Under the pieces are notes generated by a model. It did no database searches, was not told where the DNA came from, and worked only from the letters and a program-made list of their open reading frames with translations. DNA of 64,000 nucleotides from Welwitschia mirabilis (lineage: Eukaryota): NCBI GenBank assembly GCA_051453625.1, contig JBOZIK010000001.1:23977364-24041363 (forward strand), given 5' to 3'. Below are positions 52,031-63,772 of the stretch, piece after piece; positions within the stretch are counted from its first letter, which is position 1, and each line of letters opens with the position of its first letter. The position numbers and the translations under genes are program-made.

Positions 52031-53548
52031 TCCTTTTTCTTGCTATCCAAAAGAGGGAAGAAGATAGGCAAATTAGATTTGACATCCTATATGAGCCTAA
52101 AGGATATGATCTTAAGCCAGATGGATTGGAATCCCTATAAGTGACATCACTATTGATGATCAATTTCTGATTGTTGGTATACATCTCACATTACCTATTG
52201 TTATCTTTACTCTNNNNNNNNNNNNNNNNNNNNNNNNNNNNNNNNNNNNNNNNNNNNNNNNNNNNNNNNNNNNNNNNNNNNNNNNNNNNNNNNNNNNNNN
52301 NNNNNNNNNNNNNNNNNNNNNNNNNNNNNNNNNNNNNNNNNNNNNNNNNNNNNNNNNNNNNNNNNNNNNNNNNNNNNNNNNNNNNNNNNNNNNNNNNNNN
52401 NNNNNNNNNNNNNNNNNNNNNNNNNNNNNNNNNNNNNNNNNNNNNNNNNNNNNNNNNNNNNNNNNNNNNNNNNNNNNNNNNNNNNNNNNNNNNNNNNNNN
52501 NNNNNNNNNNNNNNNNNNNNNNNNNNNNNNNNNNNNNNNNNNNNNNNNNNNNNNNNNNNNNNNNNNNNNNNNNNNNNNNNNNNNNNNNNNNNNNNNNNNN
52601 NNNNNNNNNNNNNNNNNNNNNNNNNNNNNNNNNNNNNNNNNNNNNNNNNNNNNNNNNNNNNNNNNNNNNNNNNNNNNNNNNNNNNNNNNNNNNNNNNNNN
52701 NNNNNNNNNNNNNNNNNNNNNNNNNNNNNNNNNNNNNNNNNNNNNNNNNNNNNNNNNNNNNNNNNNNNNNNNNNNNNNNNNNNNNNNNNNNNNNNNNNNN
52801 NNNNNNNNNNNNNNNNNNNNNNNNNNNNNNNNNNNNNNNNNNNNNNNNNNNNNNNNNNNNNNNNNNNNNNNNNNNNNNNNNNNNNNNNNNNNNNNNNNNN
52901 NNNNNNNNNNNNNNNNNNNNNNNNNNNNNNNNNNNNNNNNNNNNNNNNNNNNNNNNNNNNNNNNNNNNNNNNNNNNNNNNNNNNNNNNNNNNNNNNNNNN
53001 NNNNNNNNNNNNNNNNNNNNNNNNNNNNNNNNNNNNNNNNNNNNNNNNNNNNNNNNNNNNNNNNNNNNNNNNNNNNNNNNNNNNNNNNNNNNNNNNNNNN
53101 NNNNNNNNNNNNNNNNNNNNNNNNNNNNNNNNNNNNNNNNNNNNNNNNNNNNNNNNNNNNNNNNNNNNNNNTTCTGATTGTTGGCATACATCTCACATTA
53201 CCTATTGTTATCTTTACTCTTATTAGCACACATGTCATGCTTTGATATTACCTGTCATTATTTCTACTATTGTTGACACACTATTATTATTTACCGTTGT
53301 TGGTACATATTACATGATCAGTTATTGATTGTTGTTATTTTCTTGAATGCAATTACTTAATGCTTATGTGCTATTCTTATTTACTACTTTACATGTTTAT
53401 GTGTATGGTTAATCAATTTTGTCAAAACTGTTGAAATTTACATTATGTATCATGCAATACATTATGTGTTCTCTTGGATTAAACTATCTCAATTAATTTG
53501 ATACAATATCGTTACACTAATGAGATTTTTCAAGCTTTGGACATCACC

Positions 53549-53562
53549 AGAAAGGGGGAGAT
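53549..53562 (+). promoter_or_regulatory. Polypurine tract
   Basis: AGAAAGGGGGAGAT directly before the 3' LTR, preceded by CATCACC. This is the typical Sirevirus junction. Confidence 0.9.
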
Positions 53563-55039
53563 GGTTGGTAAAAATTTAGTTTTAATGATTCCACTTGTCA
53601 AATATATTATGCTATTGTATAGACAGGTCAAATTGGAGAAAACTAGATTACAAAAAGCATTAGTTCAATTCATACCCTAAAGTTTATGGTACATAGAAAG
53701 TTTAGCTCAAATTTCATAATGTCAAATCACAACTGGCTAAATATGTCTGCATAAGTGAAGATATCTATAGGAAAGATGTCTGCGCTTTTTAAGACATGTA
53801 TAGAATAGATGTGTGCTGCATCAAAGACATCTATGTTGAACCAGACTTTACCACAAAGAAAACATCTACCTTCACAAAGATGTCTATACTGAAGCAAGGC
53901 CCTGAGACAGGTGATAGATGTCTATCACATTAAAGACATCTATGCTACTTTGATTGTTGGAAGACATCTACATAATTGAAGACATCTATACTGAACTGGA
54001 AGAGGTGACAAGGACAAATTATATTTTGATGAATTATCTACATCTCAGGGAAGCAATCAAGTTTTACATCTTAGATTCATAATTACTAAGGCTTAAAGAA
54101 ACTGCAGTTTGAGCTTCATCCAAATATGGGCACTTTAACCAGAGATGTTAGCCATGTTGAAGATGTTTGCCTAAGAGACATCTATAATACTAAAGATGTC
54201 TACCTAAGAGACATCCATCATTTTAAAAATATCTATCTCAAAACTTTGTAAAAAATAAATAGTCATTGTGCACCTAACATTTAGCTATTTCTATCTATTT
54301 TACAGCAGTTACATCTCTCAAATGGCTATCTTTGAGCAATATCTAGAAGCACATCAAAAGATATAAAGGCACAAAGAGAGAAGAAGAAGAATGACTTCTG
54401 CATGGGTGTTTTATACAATAAAGGAAGCTTTCAGCTATTTTTTGCAAGGGACTATCTAGTTAATTCATCATTAGATCATTGAATCTTATAAGGTTTCATC
54501 ACTCTAATCTTTAGCACCCATGGGTGATAGCAAGAAGGAATAACTCAATCACTTCATTAAAGATACATCTTTTCAGGCTTCTTGTTTCCTTTTTTGCATT
54601 ATTTTATTGGAACTAAATCACAAAACTATCAGATTTTTGAATACTCTCATTATAGTCCATTTCTTATTCTCTATCATAGAATCCCTTGTCAAGGTTCCAT
54701 ATTGTAAGGCAACTCTTATATGGTTGGCCTTCTATGAGTGCTTGTGAGCCCATTTTTCATTTTGATTTATTGGATATCCTGGAGGGGAAGAGAGTGCTTC
54801 CTTGATAGGAGCATCTTAATTATATATAAGGTTGGTGATGCTCCAAAACCACTATTTTTACAGGTTAAGAATATTTAGAGTTGTGAGAGGAAGCTATCCT
54901 CTATGTGTGGACATACCCAAGTTGGGAAACTATGTTAAATCTAATAAGGTATTTATTGCATAGTTTTTAATTTGTTTTTAGCTAAATTTATTTTTGGTAG
55001 ATCTCATTTGTTCCTCCCCTTTGAATTTAACAATCCTCA
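53563..55039 (+). repeat. 3' LTR (~1.48 kb)
   Basis: Homologous to 46587-48113. Ends CAATCCTCA and is followed by the TSD TCATA. Confidence 0.93.
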
Positions 55040-55766
55040 TCATATAATTTAGGATAAATAACTTGGTTGGAGATTTGATTATTTCTAAGAGTATCTAATT
55101 ATAAGGTATTATTGTATGTATTTATATTTCTCGTAAAAGGTTAATCTCTTTCAGAAATCATATAAGTTCATTGTCCTAAATTCTTAAGATAATTATAGTT
55201 CTGTTAAGTGATTATTATTTATAGCTATAAGGTAATAGAGTCTTTAATAACTTAATTCATCATCCTTTTCGATTTGATTAAGGATCTTTAACAATCATAA
55301 ATATGATTACCATAATGGACATCTATGGATTCGATTATAGTTAACCTTATGAATACTTTCAAACTATCCTAAATATTATCCACTTTTAAGATTATTAAGA
55401 TGCTAAGATTATCATTAGTGTAATCTTTATCATTATTGGGGACAACATGAATATAATTTGGTATATATTTATGGAGTATAAAAATTATAGGTATTCTAAA
55501 ATTCATGATTATTAAGAGATATGATTAAATTCATTCTTATCTTAGAGTTATCTTGGAATCTAGTATTATCAAAGATGTAATTGATTTTACTCATGCATAA
55601 GATTATTAAGGATATAACTAACTTTATAGCTAATAGGAATTAGGATTATTATGGTTACAGCTAACTTTATGATTATTAAGAAGAAAGGTTGTTAAAAATA
55701 AAATTGGATTTATATTATTATAAATTTATAAGTACTTAACATAGGTATTATTTAAGTTAACCTAGA

Positions 55767-55778
55767 GCTCTGATACTA
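55767..55778 (-). promoter_or_regulatory. Primer-binding site (tRNA-iMet) of the Tekay element
   Basis: Plus-strand GCTCTGATACTA reads TAGTATCAGAGC on the minus strand, 3 nt from the LTR end at 55782. Confidence 0.85.
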
Positions 55779-55781
55779 ATT

Positions 55782-56603
55782 TGTGACATCCTCTCTTTTC
55801 TTACCCTAATTAAGAACTTTTTCCCTCTTCTTTTCTTTTTTAATATTATTACCTAATAGACACAGCAAAACCTATGATCAATTTTTACTTACTCCTTTAT
55901 TAGCATTTCTATATTTTAAGGAAAAAATCATATTAATATTATACATTTCCTTATAATTAATTTCTAGATTATTTTAGTTTACAAACAATAATGATGTTAT
56001 AAGTTTGTGTCCTCCATTTCTTCTTAGTTTTCGTCACATAAAAAGATATCTCTTAAATAATTGAGGAGATGTAAACTTGTTATAAATATATATGAATAAG
56101 TATAATACATAACCAACATAATAGGAGGTTGCAACTCCCATTAACGGAATTCCAACTTGATATCCGCCCACTCTTCAAACCTGGGTTGGTTCTACTTCAG
56201 GTTCTAAACTATACAAACATGATTGGGATCAACTCCATAGGCTTATAATTCACCTCGATATACCCCAAATATAGGTAATACATGGTATCTGAGGTGGATG
56301 CATACTTACAAATGATCCTTGCTTTTTTAAAACATCTTTAAATGGTGTAAAATCGTCCATCGATGTCAAGGGCTCAAGATATTAAGTCAAAGTAAGTTCA
56401 TACATGGATAGGGCAAGAGAGTGGTGATTTAATTCACTTCCATAATGATATTTTAAAAAAAAAAAAAAAAAAGCAATGTAACCCACCTTTGTGATAAAAT
56501 CCAAGTGTTGAGTTGAACATTATTAGGATTATCTTGATGTAGTCCTATTCAATGAATACACCACATAAATGCATACATACAATTCTAACTAATGTATATA
56601 TTT
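55782..56603 (-). repeat. 5' LTR of the Tekay element, internal-proximal part
   Basis: Matches 35078-35799 and the reverse complement of 38310-39130. Confidence 0.88.
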
Positions 56604-56703
56604 NNNNNNNNNNNNNNNNNNNNNNNNNNNNNNNNNNNNNNNNNNNNNNNNNNNNNNNNNNNNNNNNNNNNNNNNNNNNNNNNNNNNNNNNNNNNNNNNN
56701 NNN

Positions 56704-59040
56704 GAAAAAAAAAAGAAAAGAGCACAGTAAGGAAGTAGATTTTGATGAGCTTGCATCATTTAGAGAATGGGAAGATAAACCAAGAGCCTTGATTAAGTAG
56801 ATCCCCAAAGCACACCGCAAATCTTATACTACAATGTCACGCAGACAAAAACAAATAGGAAGAATTTGGCTCTAAGAAACGCACTCAAGTTAAACCTCGC
56901 AAAGGAGGGGATGGGAAACAAGAGAACAAGGCACGCTTTTCATTTTCTTGGCAGACAGGAGTTAATTCATTTGTAGGGAAGATGGTATTAAATCATGCAA
57001 AGAAAAGTACATTACCTTTTGAGTTGTTTCCATTTCATAGTTGTAGACATTCAGTTTTTGAAACTTGGGAACCACATAAATCTCTATTTACACAGTCCTT
57101 TTGGAAAAAAAAATTAATAAACAGATAAACAATCATCCTTAATAGGGGAGTCATAAAGAGAGGAGCAAAAAGTAAATGCCCTACAAATCTCAACAATGAA
57201 ATGCAAACACAGATAATAACACTAAGAACAGTTATACCCAATGCTATATTACATCAAAACAAGTAGCCAAATAGGGGAAACAAAAAAAAAGTCTTCGTAT
57301 CAATTGTTGTGAAAGAATATTCATCACAGGAATCACTCAACAATGCTTCCATAGCACAAGACGTGTATGATAAGAATGCTAAATGCCTCTAAATCATTAG
57401 CACTAAATGACATGGACCAATTGTATTCTAACACATAGGAATTGTAAATATCTTTCCCTGCTTTGAACAGAGAAAGAGATGTCTTTCCTACTCACTGTGT
57501 ACCCTGATTCAATTTGTATTAATGATTGTAGCTCAATCTTTGAAGTGTTTCAAGTGGTTCATGGGTTTATGTGTTTCATTGAATGGTTGCAGAAATACAA
57601 AATTATCTATTTTTCACGTGTTGTGTATTTTTTCTTTTGGCTCAATCTATTCATGTGTCATATCAACTGAAGTTTGAGTGTTCTCATTAGCTATCAAAAC
57701 AAGAAATAGTTGATTCAATCCTTTTTCGATTCTTCTACGGTCCTATCTTCCTTTAACAATCCTCCTTTGTTATATTCCCTTTCTGGATTTGAACTCATCT
57801 ACTTGCATGATACTCCCTTCTGCTCTGATTTTTTCCCTTCTCCAGACAATCCTTTAGTAGATGTATTTTTAAAAAAAATTATACCAATCAACTACCCTTT
57901 CCTTCAAAAATTGTAAAAGAGAGTATACTTATCCACATCCTTCCAATTGTAATAAAGTAAGAACCACAAGAAATAATTCAAGCTCAATTTAAATCTTAAA
58001 CCATGTACTTGACAGAAGGCAAGTGGAAACAAAGCAAAAAAGCCAGAACCGTAAATTTTGTTTGCATCACTCTCTTTTATCACTAAAGGTTAGCATCTTG
58101 AAAATTTGTTCCAGCTCTTTAAGAAAGGAGACAAACTATTAAGTGTTACAATCCTTTGCATGAAGTAATTCCTTAAGAGAACAAGTTTCTCATTTTTGAC
58201 CTTTTCCAATATCTTCATTTCTAGTTTCAGTTGTTCATTTGTAGCTTCAGTTGTGTTTTTAAAAATTACATGTTCCACCCATGCAATGCATTTTCCTTTC
58301 CTTTCACTTTATTGGTTCAAATCATCTAAAAAGTGTACAACAAAAATTTCTTCATTTTCTTAACCAATCAAAACAAGGCAGAGACAATGCGTGCCTCACT
58401 TCGAGTAACCACAGAAAGGAGGGGAATAGGGATACAAGTGAGGATGCCTTGTCCCTTTGAAAATTTGTAACATTTTCTTTATCTTCATGTGGACTGCTCA
58501 TACATGCATGGAAATATACACAGTTAATTCCCCAAAATTGTGTAGAATCCAACATAGTTTTTTACTTCATTTTTCATGGGAAAGTGTACTAGCATCACAA
58601 ATTTGCTTGGCCAAACAAAAACCCATACATGGCTCATACCTATCATGAAGTTGAACAAATGTGTAATTTTTGCCACAGATTTAAAATATATAATGTGGGA
58701 GTTAGCTTTTTAATCCCTTTTACTCCATTCATGATGCTCTCAAATCCAATTATAAAGATGATTGGTAGAATTTCCAAGTAACATAAATTTAATTATATAA
58801 GCATTCTAAACTATTTTTTTCTTACGTTTTTGTGAATCTATGAGTGAACAACAACTTGAGGAAAATGTTACAAATTTGCTACCTAATGGGAAAGGAGTAT
58901 GTGTTGCATTGATCACTACACAATGGTTTTTTTTTATCACACAACAATATTTTTTTGTAGCCAAAGCTGTGTAAAAAGACAGTTAAAACAATTTTGTACC
59001 TTTTTGAGACTCTTCAAATCAGCAAAGTAAAGGAGACACA
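56704..59040 (-). other. Unexplained non-TE-looking segment, possibly a captured host gene fragment
   Basis: Less AT-skewed than its flanks, with no retroelement motifs recognised. Candidate minus-strand exon 57097-57016 (poly-T tract, ..CCAAAAG|GACTGT...CAAAAG|GTAATG; DCVNRDLCGSQVSKTECLQL*NGNNSK). Purine-rich coding-like stretches at 57500-57900 and 58050-58330. Confidence 0.35.
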
Positions 59041-59634
59041 CCATTATGCTAGAAAGTGCAACTCTTAAAAATGCTGTCAAAGCTAAAAATAAAAATGGTA
59101 AAAAGTAAAGAAACAACCTGGATTCCAAAGCGTAAGGCTCCATTGCTCAGTGATACAGTTGAAAGCGACCCAAAGAGCGATCAGCAACCCTCCAGACTCA
59201 ATGAGGGAACTCTCCAAGCTCAACAATCCCTAACAGAGCCAAGGCGTTCAATTCATCTACCCCTCAAACGTGATCTTCAGGAATCTTAAACCCACCATCA
59301 TCAGCTCCAACTCACCAACTGTTCGAAGAAATCAGTAGAGTCTCTCCGAGTCTTTCTTAGCAACCTGCAGACAAGCATGGCTCAATTGACTCAACAGAGG
59401 TGTCCATGCCCCCTATTATACCAAATATGCCAAACCCCTCGAACCCTCCCAGCTAAGGACAAGGATCCTGAGTTACCTCAGATCCCCCACTCGACTACCT
59501 CCAACTCCCTCTGAGAAAGGGCGGAACAGTCACACGAAGGAAAAAAGGCAAAAACCGAAGGAAGCATGCTCCATCATCCCATCAGAGCAAACCTTCTAAG
59601 AATAAAGGGGTGGACTCTAACCTAATCCCTTAGC

Positions 59635-62600
59635 ATGTCTCTAACTGTGTGGAATATAAGGGGGCTAGGCTCCCAAGAGAAGCAGAGAGAGGTAAATTCT
59701 TTTATTAAAGCTAAATCTCTCAAGTTTTTTGGTCTTATTGAAACCAAGTTGTAGGCATCCTCTCTTACAAATTTTGTGGATAGACACTTTTCAGACTGGA
59801 AGTTTACTAATAATTTTGACACCAGTGGGAAAGGGAGAATTTTGATTCTTTGGAAGCCTCATCTCATTGAAATCCATGAGATTTTTAAATCAAATCAATG
59901 CATACATAGCCTTCTCAAATATAACGATGGGTCACGTGAATTTTATGTCTCTATAGTTTATGAGTGCAACACCCTAGCCATGAGAAAATCCCTGTGGAGC
60001 GACCTTACAAGGATCTCGGTTTCCATAGATAAGCCTTGGATTATCTGTGGGGATTTTAATTGCATTTTTTTTAAGCTGAAGATAAATATAATGGCAAAAG
60101 AGTAACTAAGCAAGACACAGAGGAGCTCTTGAACTTTACTACCCAGCATCATGTCACTAATTTATCCTTTACAGGTGAGTTTTTCACTTGAAGTGACCTT
60201 CACCATTCTGAGGATAGAATATACTGCAAGCTTGACAGAGCTCTGGTTAATGATATGTGGATGAATAACATTGAAAATTCTTTTCCAGAATTCAAACCTC
60301 CAAGTATATCAGATCATTCATCATGTGTTATGAAATATAGCAACAGCACCAAGAATTCTTACCCTTTCAAGTTTGTTAACAGCTAGTGCTTTGACAACAA
60401 TTTCATGAGTATATTGGCTAGCTCTTGGACAAGACATATTGCAGGTCATCCTCTGCAAGTGCTGAACCAGCGCTTAAAACTAGTTAAGAAAGCTTTTAAA
60501 TCTCTTCACCGCTCTACGTATAGCAACATTACAAGTCTAGTAACTTCTGCCAAAGAGGAACTCAATGACATTCAACATGCTTTGCAGTCTAATCCAACGA
60601 ATGGAGAACTCAGAAGACTTCTCAAATCTGAGATCATGATGTATAGACAAAGAGAAAAAGAAGCTTGGATGAAGGAAGGGGACACCAACTCAGCCTTCTT
60701 TCATGCCCAAATGAAAAAAAAATAGAGCCAAAAGCAATATTCATGTGCTCTTCAAAGAGGATGGCATAATAATAGACATAGAAGAAGGATGCAAACAGGA
60801 GCTATTGCAATTCTTTTAGGCCCTGATAGGTACCAACTCTGCTAGGCCTTCAATTCAGCAAACTTCCTTAGAATTTGGGGTAAAAGTGAATGAGAATCAG
60901 TGTGTTAATTTGTATAAACCTGTCATTGATAGGGATATAGAACATGCATTATGAAGGATACTAGATGACAAAGCCCTAGGCCCTAATGGGTTTACAACTG
61001 TGTTCTTTAAAAAGGCCTGGACCATTATGGGTGTACTAGTTAAAAGAGCGATTCGGAGATTCTTTGAAACAAGCCATCTCAGGAGGTCAGATAACTCTAC
61101 CATTTTAGTTCTCATTCCCAAGAAGCATCATGCTTAGTATGCGTCTGAGTTTAGGCCAATAGTCTATTGTAATGTTATTTACAAGTGCATTCCAAATGTC
61201 ATCACAGCTCATCTAAAACCAATCATATCATTCTTAGTAAGTCAACAATAAGGAGTATTTATTAAAGGGAGGAATATTGTGCACAACATCCTTTTGGCCC
61301 AAGAACTAGTTCAACAATATGGCAGAAGACAGGTCAGCCCTAGATGCACCATCAAAGTAGAATTGAAAAAAGCATATGACATCCTTGATTGGGGATTCCT
61401 TGAGCAGCTTCTAGTCATCTTGGGGTTCCTCGATAGATTCATTCAGTGGATCATGGCTTGTGTTACTAGAACATGCTATACCATCCGATTTAATGGAGAA
61501 TTGCATGGCTTCTTCAAAGAAAGAAGGGGTATCAGACAGGGAGACCCCATGTTTCCATATCTATTCTCTCTAGTCATGGAATATTTCGGGAGACTTCTAA
61601 CTTCACGTATAGGTTCATCTCCTTTTAATCATCACCCAAAGTGTAAACCTTTATACTTTACTCACTTTTCGTTCGCAAATACTCTCCTTCTTTTCAATAA
61701 AGGAGACACTGATTCAATCAGGGTTTTCAACCAAGTCCTCCGTCAATGTGCATAAGAATCTAACCTCAATGCAAATCTTGAGAAATCTCAAATTTACTTT
61801 GCTAGAGTAGGCCACTCAGTCAAGAGGGCTATCCTACGGGAGCTGCAATTCAGGAAGAGGTCTCTTCCTTTCAAGTATCTAGGTGTCCCTATAACTTCCA
61901 AATCATTAACAGTGAACGACTTCCTTCCCATGATTGATACAGTAACAACCAAAATTTGTTGTTGGACTACCAAATTCTTAATGTATGAAGGAAGGCTAGA
62001 GTTGATCAAAACAGTTCTCCAAAGCCTCCACAACTTCTGGTGTCATATCTTTATTCTCCCAAAGAAGTTGATGAAGGCTTTTGAATCTACCTGTAGATCT
62101 TTTTTGTGGACAGGAAAAGACAAATCAGGCAAGGAATTAGTAGCTTGGCATAAAGTGTGCACTTCAAAGCTAGAAGGAGATTTGGATTTTAAAGATCTAT
62201 GCAGTTATAACAAAGTCAACGTCCTTAAAAATCTCTGGGCCATAGTCAACAAGCAGGATTCCTTATGGTATTTAAAAGAATCTAAATTATAGTCAATACC
62301 AATTAAGGCATCCTTCTCATGAACCTTCAAGAAGATCCTCAAGCTTAGAGACACAGCCCTGAACTATGTGCAAGTGTTGGATCACCAACTGGTTTGGAAG
62401 GGTTCATTCCCTCCATTTTCAGTTTCAGCCTTCTACCAAGTCCTCCATCCGCACTCTTCCAAGCTGAAATGATGTCATTCTTTATGGGGTAAATATAATC
62501 AACCCAAACACTCTTTCATAGCCTGATTACTAGTGCATAACAGGCTTATGACAAAGGAAACTTTACTCAGGATTCGCCTCATATCCAACACCTCCTGTGC

Positions 62601-62900
62601 CTTTTGCAACTTTCCAATTGAACTAAGGGAGCACCTTTACTTCCTCTGTTCCCTCTCTAATGAGGTGTGGAGCAAAATTTTCCAGTTTCTTAAGTTGTCC
62701 TCCTTTTTCAGTTGGGATGAAGTGCTTCAACGGGCTTAGTCCTATCTAAAGACTAACTGGGTAAGTATATGTGATTAGAGCCGCCTTCACTACAACCATC
62801 TACTGCATCTGGCAACAGAGAAACAATGCAATCTTCAGGAATTCCTCGTCCGCTTCCAAGGCCACGTGTATAAGCTTGCTTCTAGTTAGTAAAATTTAAC
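59635..62900 (+). pseudogene. LINE ORF2 (APE endonuclease, reverse transcriptase, zf-RVT), disrupted
   Basis: MSLTVWNIRGLG, GLIETK, PWIICGDFN, KLDRALVN, ISDH, WMKEGDTNSAFFH, KALGPNGF, FRPI, KVELKKAYD, RGIRQGDPMFPYLF, FSFANTLLLF (FADD box mutated), KYLGVP, VAWHKVC, CAFC...REHLYFLC and IWQQRNNAIF. Confidence 0.96.
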
Positions 62901-62975
62901 ATTCAAGTGCATTTATCTGGTACTAAATCAATTAAAGATACCCTTTCCAATAGGCAATGGTGCTATGATCTCAGC

Positions 62976-63098
62976 ATCTACCCAAACATCAAGTAATTCC
63001 CTGCTCTCAGCTCCATTTCTCCATTGTCTGTGGCTATCTATCCAGACTTCAAGTAATTCCCTACTCTCAGCTCCCTTTCTCAATTGTTTGCTGCTATC
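62976..63098 (+). repeat. 60-bp tandem duplication in the LINE 3' region
   Basis: Two diverged copies of TCTAcCCAaACaTCAAGTAATTCCCTgCTCTCAGCTCC... Confidence 0.9.
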
Positions 63099-63772
63099 AA
63101 TTGTTCTGTGCCTTGCAGTTCCCATCCATCAGCTAATGAGATTTCCTGCAGGCGTTTTTAGCCAATTCTTGAAGACTGGCTTTTGTTTATCAAGGCCGGT
63201 AAACAGAGATCTGTTTCTTCTTGGCCTCAATTCCAGAATCTGGTCATCAATATACCTTGAAAGGATCCTGAATCATTAGCGATGCGCCCTTTGGTGTGCT
63301 ATTAGATGGGCCTTCAGGAATACAAGCATGTGGAATGAAGACTCTTTGACCCCTTGATGCGATTGTCTCAAAGGATTTTCCTCAAATCCTACTGAAGTAG
63401 ATAAAGGATCTGCTAGGCAGCAACTAATAGATTCCTTTTCCTCTATAATGTATCTGCTCTCTGGTCTATTCTGATTAGTGCAAGGGTTTTTTAAGCTTAT
63501 CGTCAGGCCCTGCTCAGACGGCCTAGTCTCGATTGAGTGCAGCAGTTCGATGCGCTTGATTGTAGGAACAGGGGATAGCGGTGTGAAGACCTGCCTTCAT
63601 TCTAGGGCTCGTTTGGCTTGTTTGCAGCTCGTTATTCTCTCCTTGTCCTCCTATTTGGTGTTTAGTTTCTGGCTTCTCTCCAAATCCCTAGGTAGTCTTC
63701 TATGCTTCTCAAAGGGTTTGTACCTTTCAACTTTCTTCTCAGGTAATAAATCATTATTTTTCAAAGAAAAAA

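Larger units (their letters stand above)
46587..55039 (+). mobile_element. Sirevirus (SIRE/Maximus) Ty1/copia element, pol-deleted (gag + env-like)
   Basis: LTRs at 46587-48113 and 53563-55039, perfect TSD TCATA (46582-46586, 55040-55044), PBS TAGTATTAGAGT and PPT AGAAAGGGGGAGAT. Confidence 0.93.
59041..63772 (+). mobile_element. L1-clade LINE, 5'-truncated within ORF1
   Basis: ORF1 C-terminal remnant (HYARKC knuckle end, TWIPKRK, Pro/Ser-rich region), a complete but disrupted ORF2, and a 3' AATAAA at ~63745 with A-rich tail TCAAAGAAAAAA. Confidence 0.9.

Noticed and set aside
52160..53238. Long ORFs of 343-351 aa
   Set aside because: They are almost entirely X from an N-gap.
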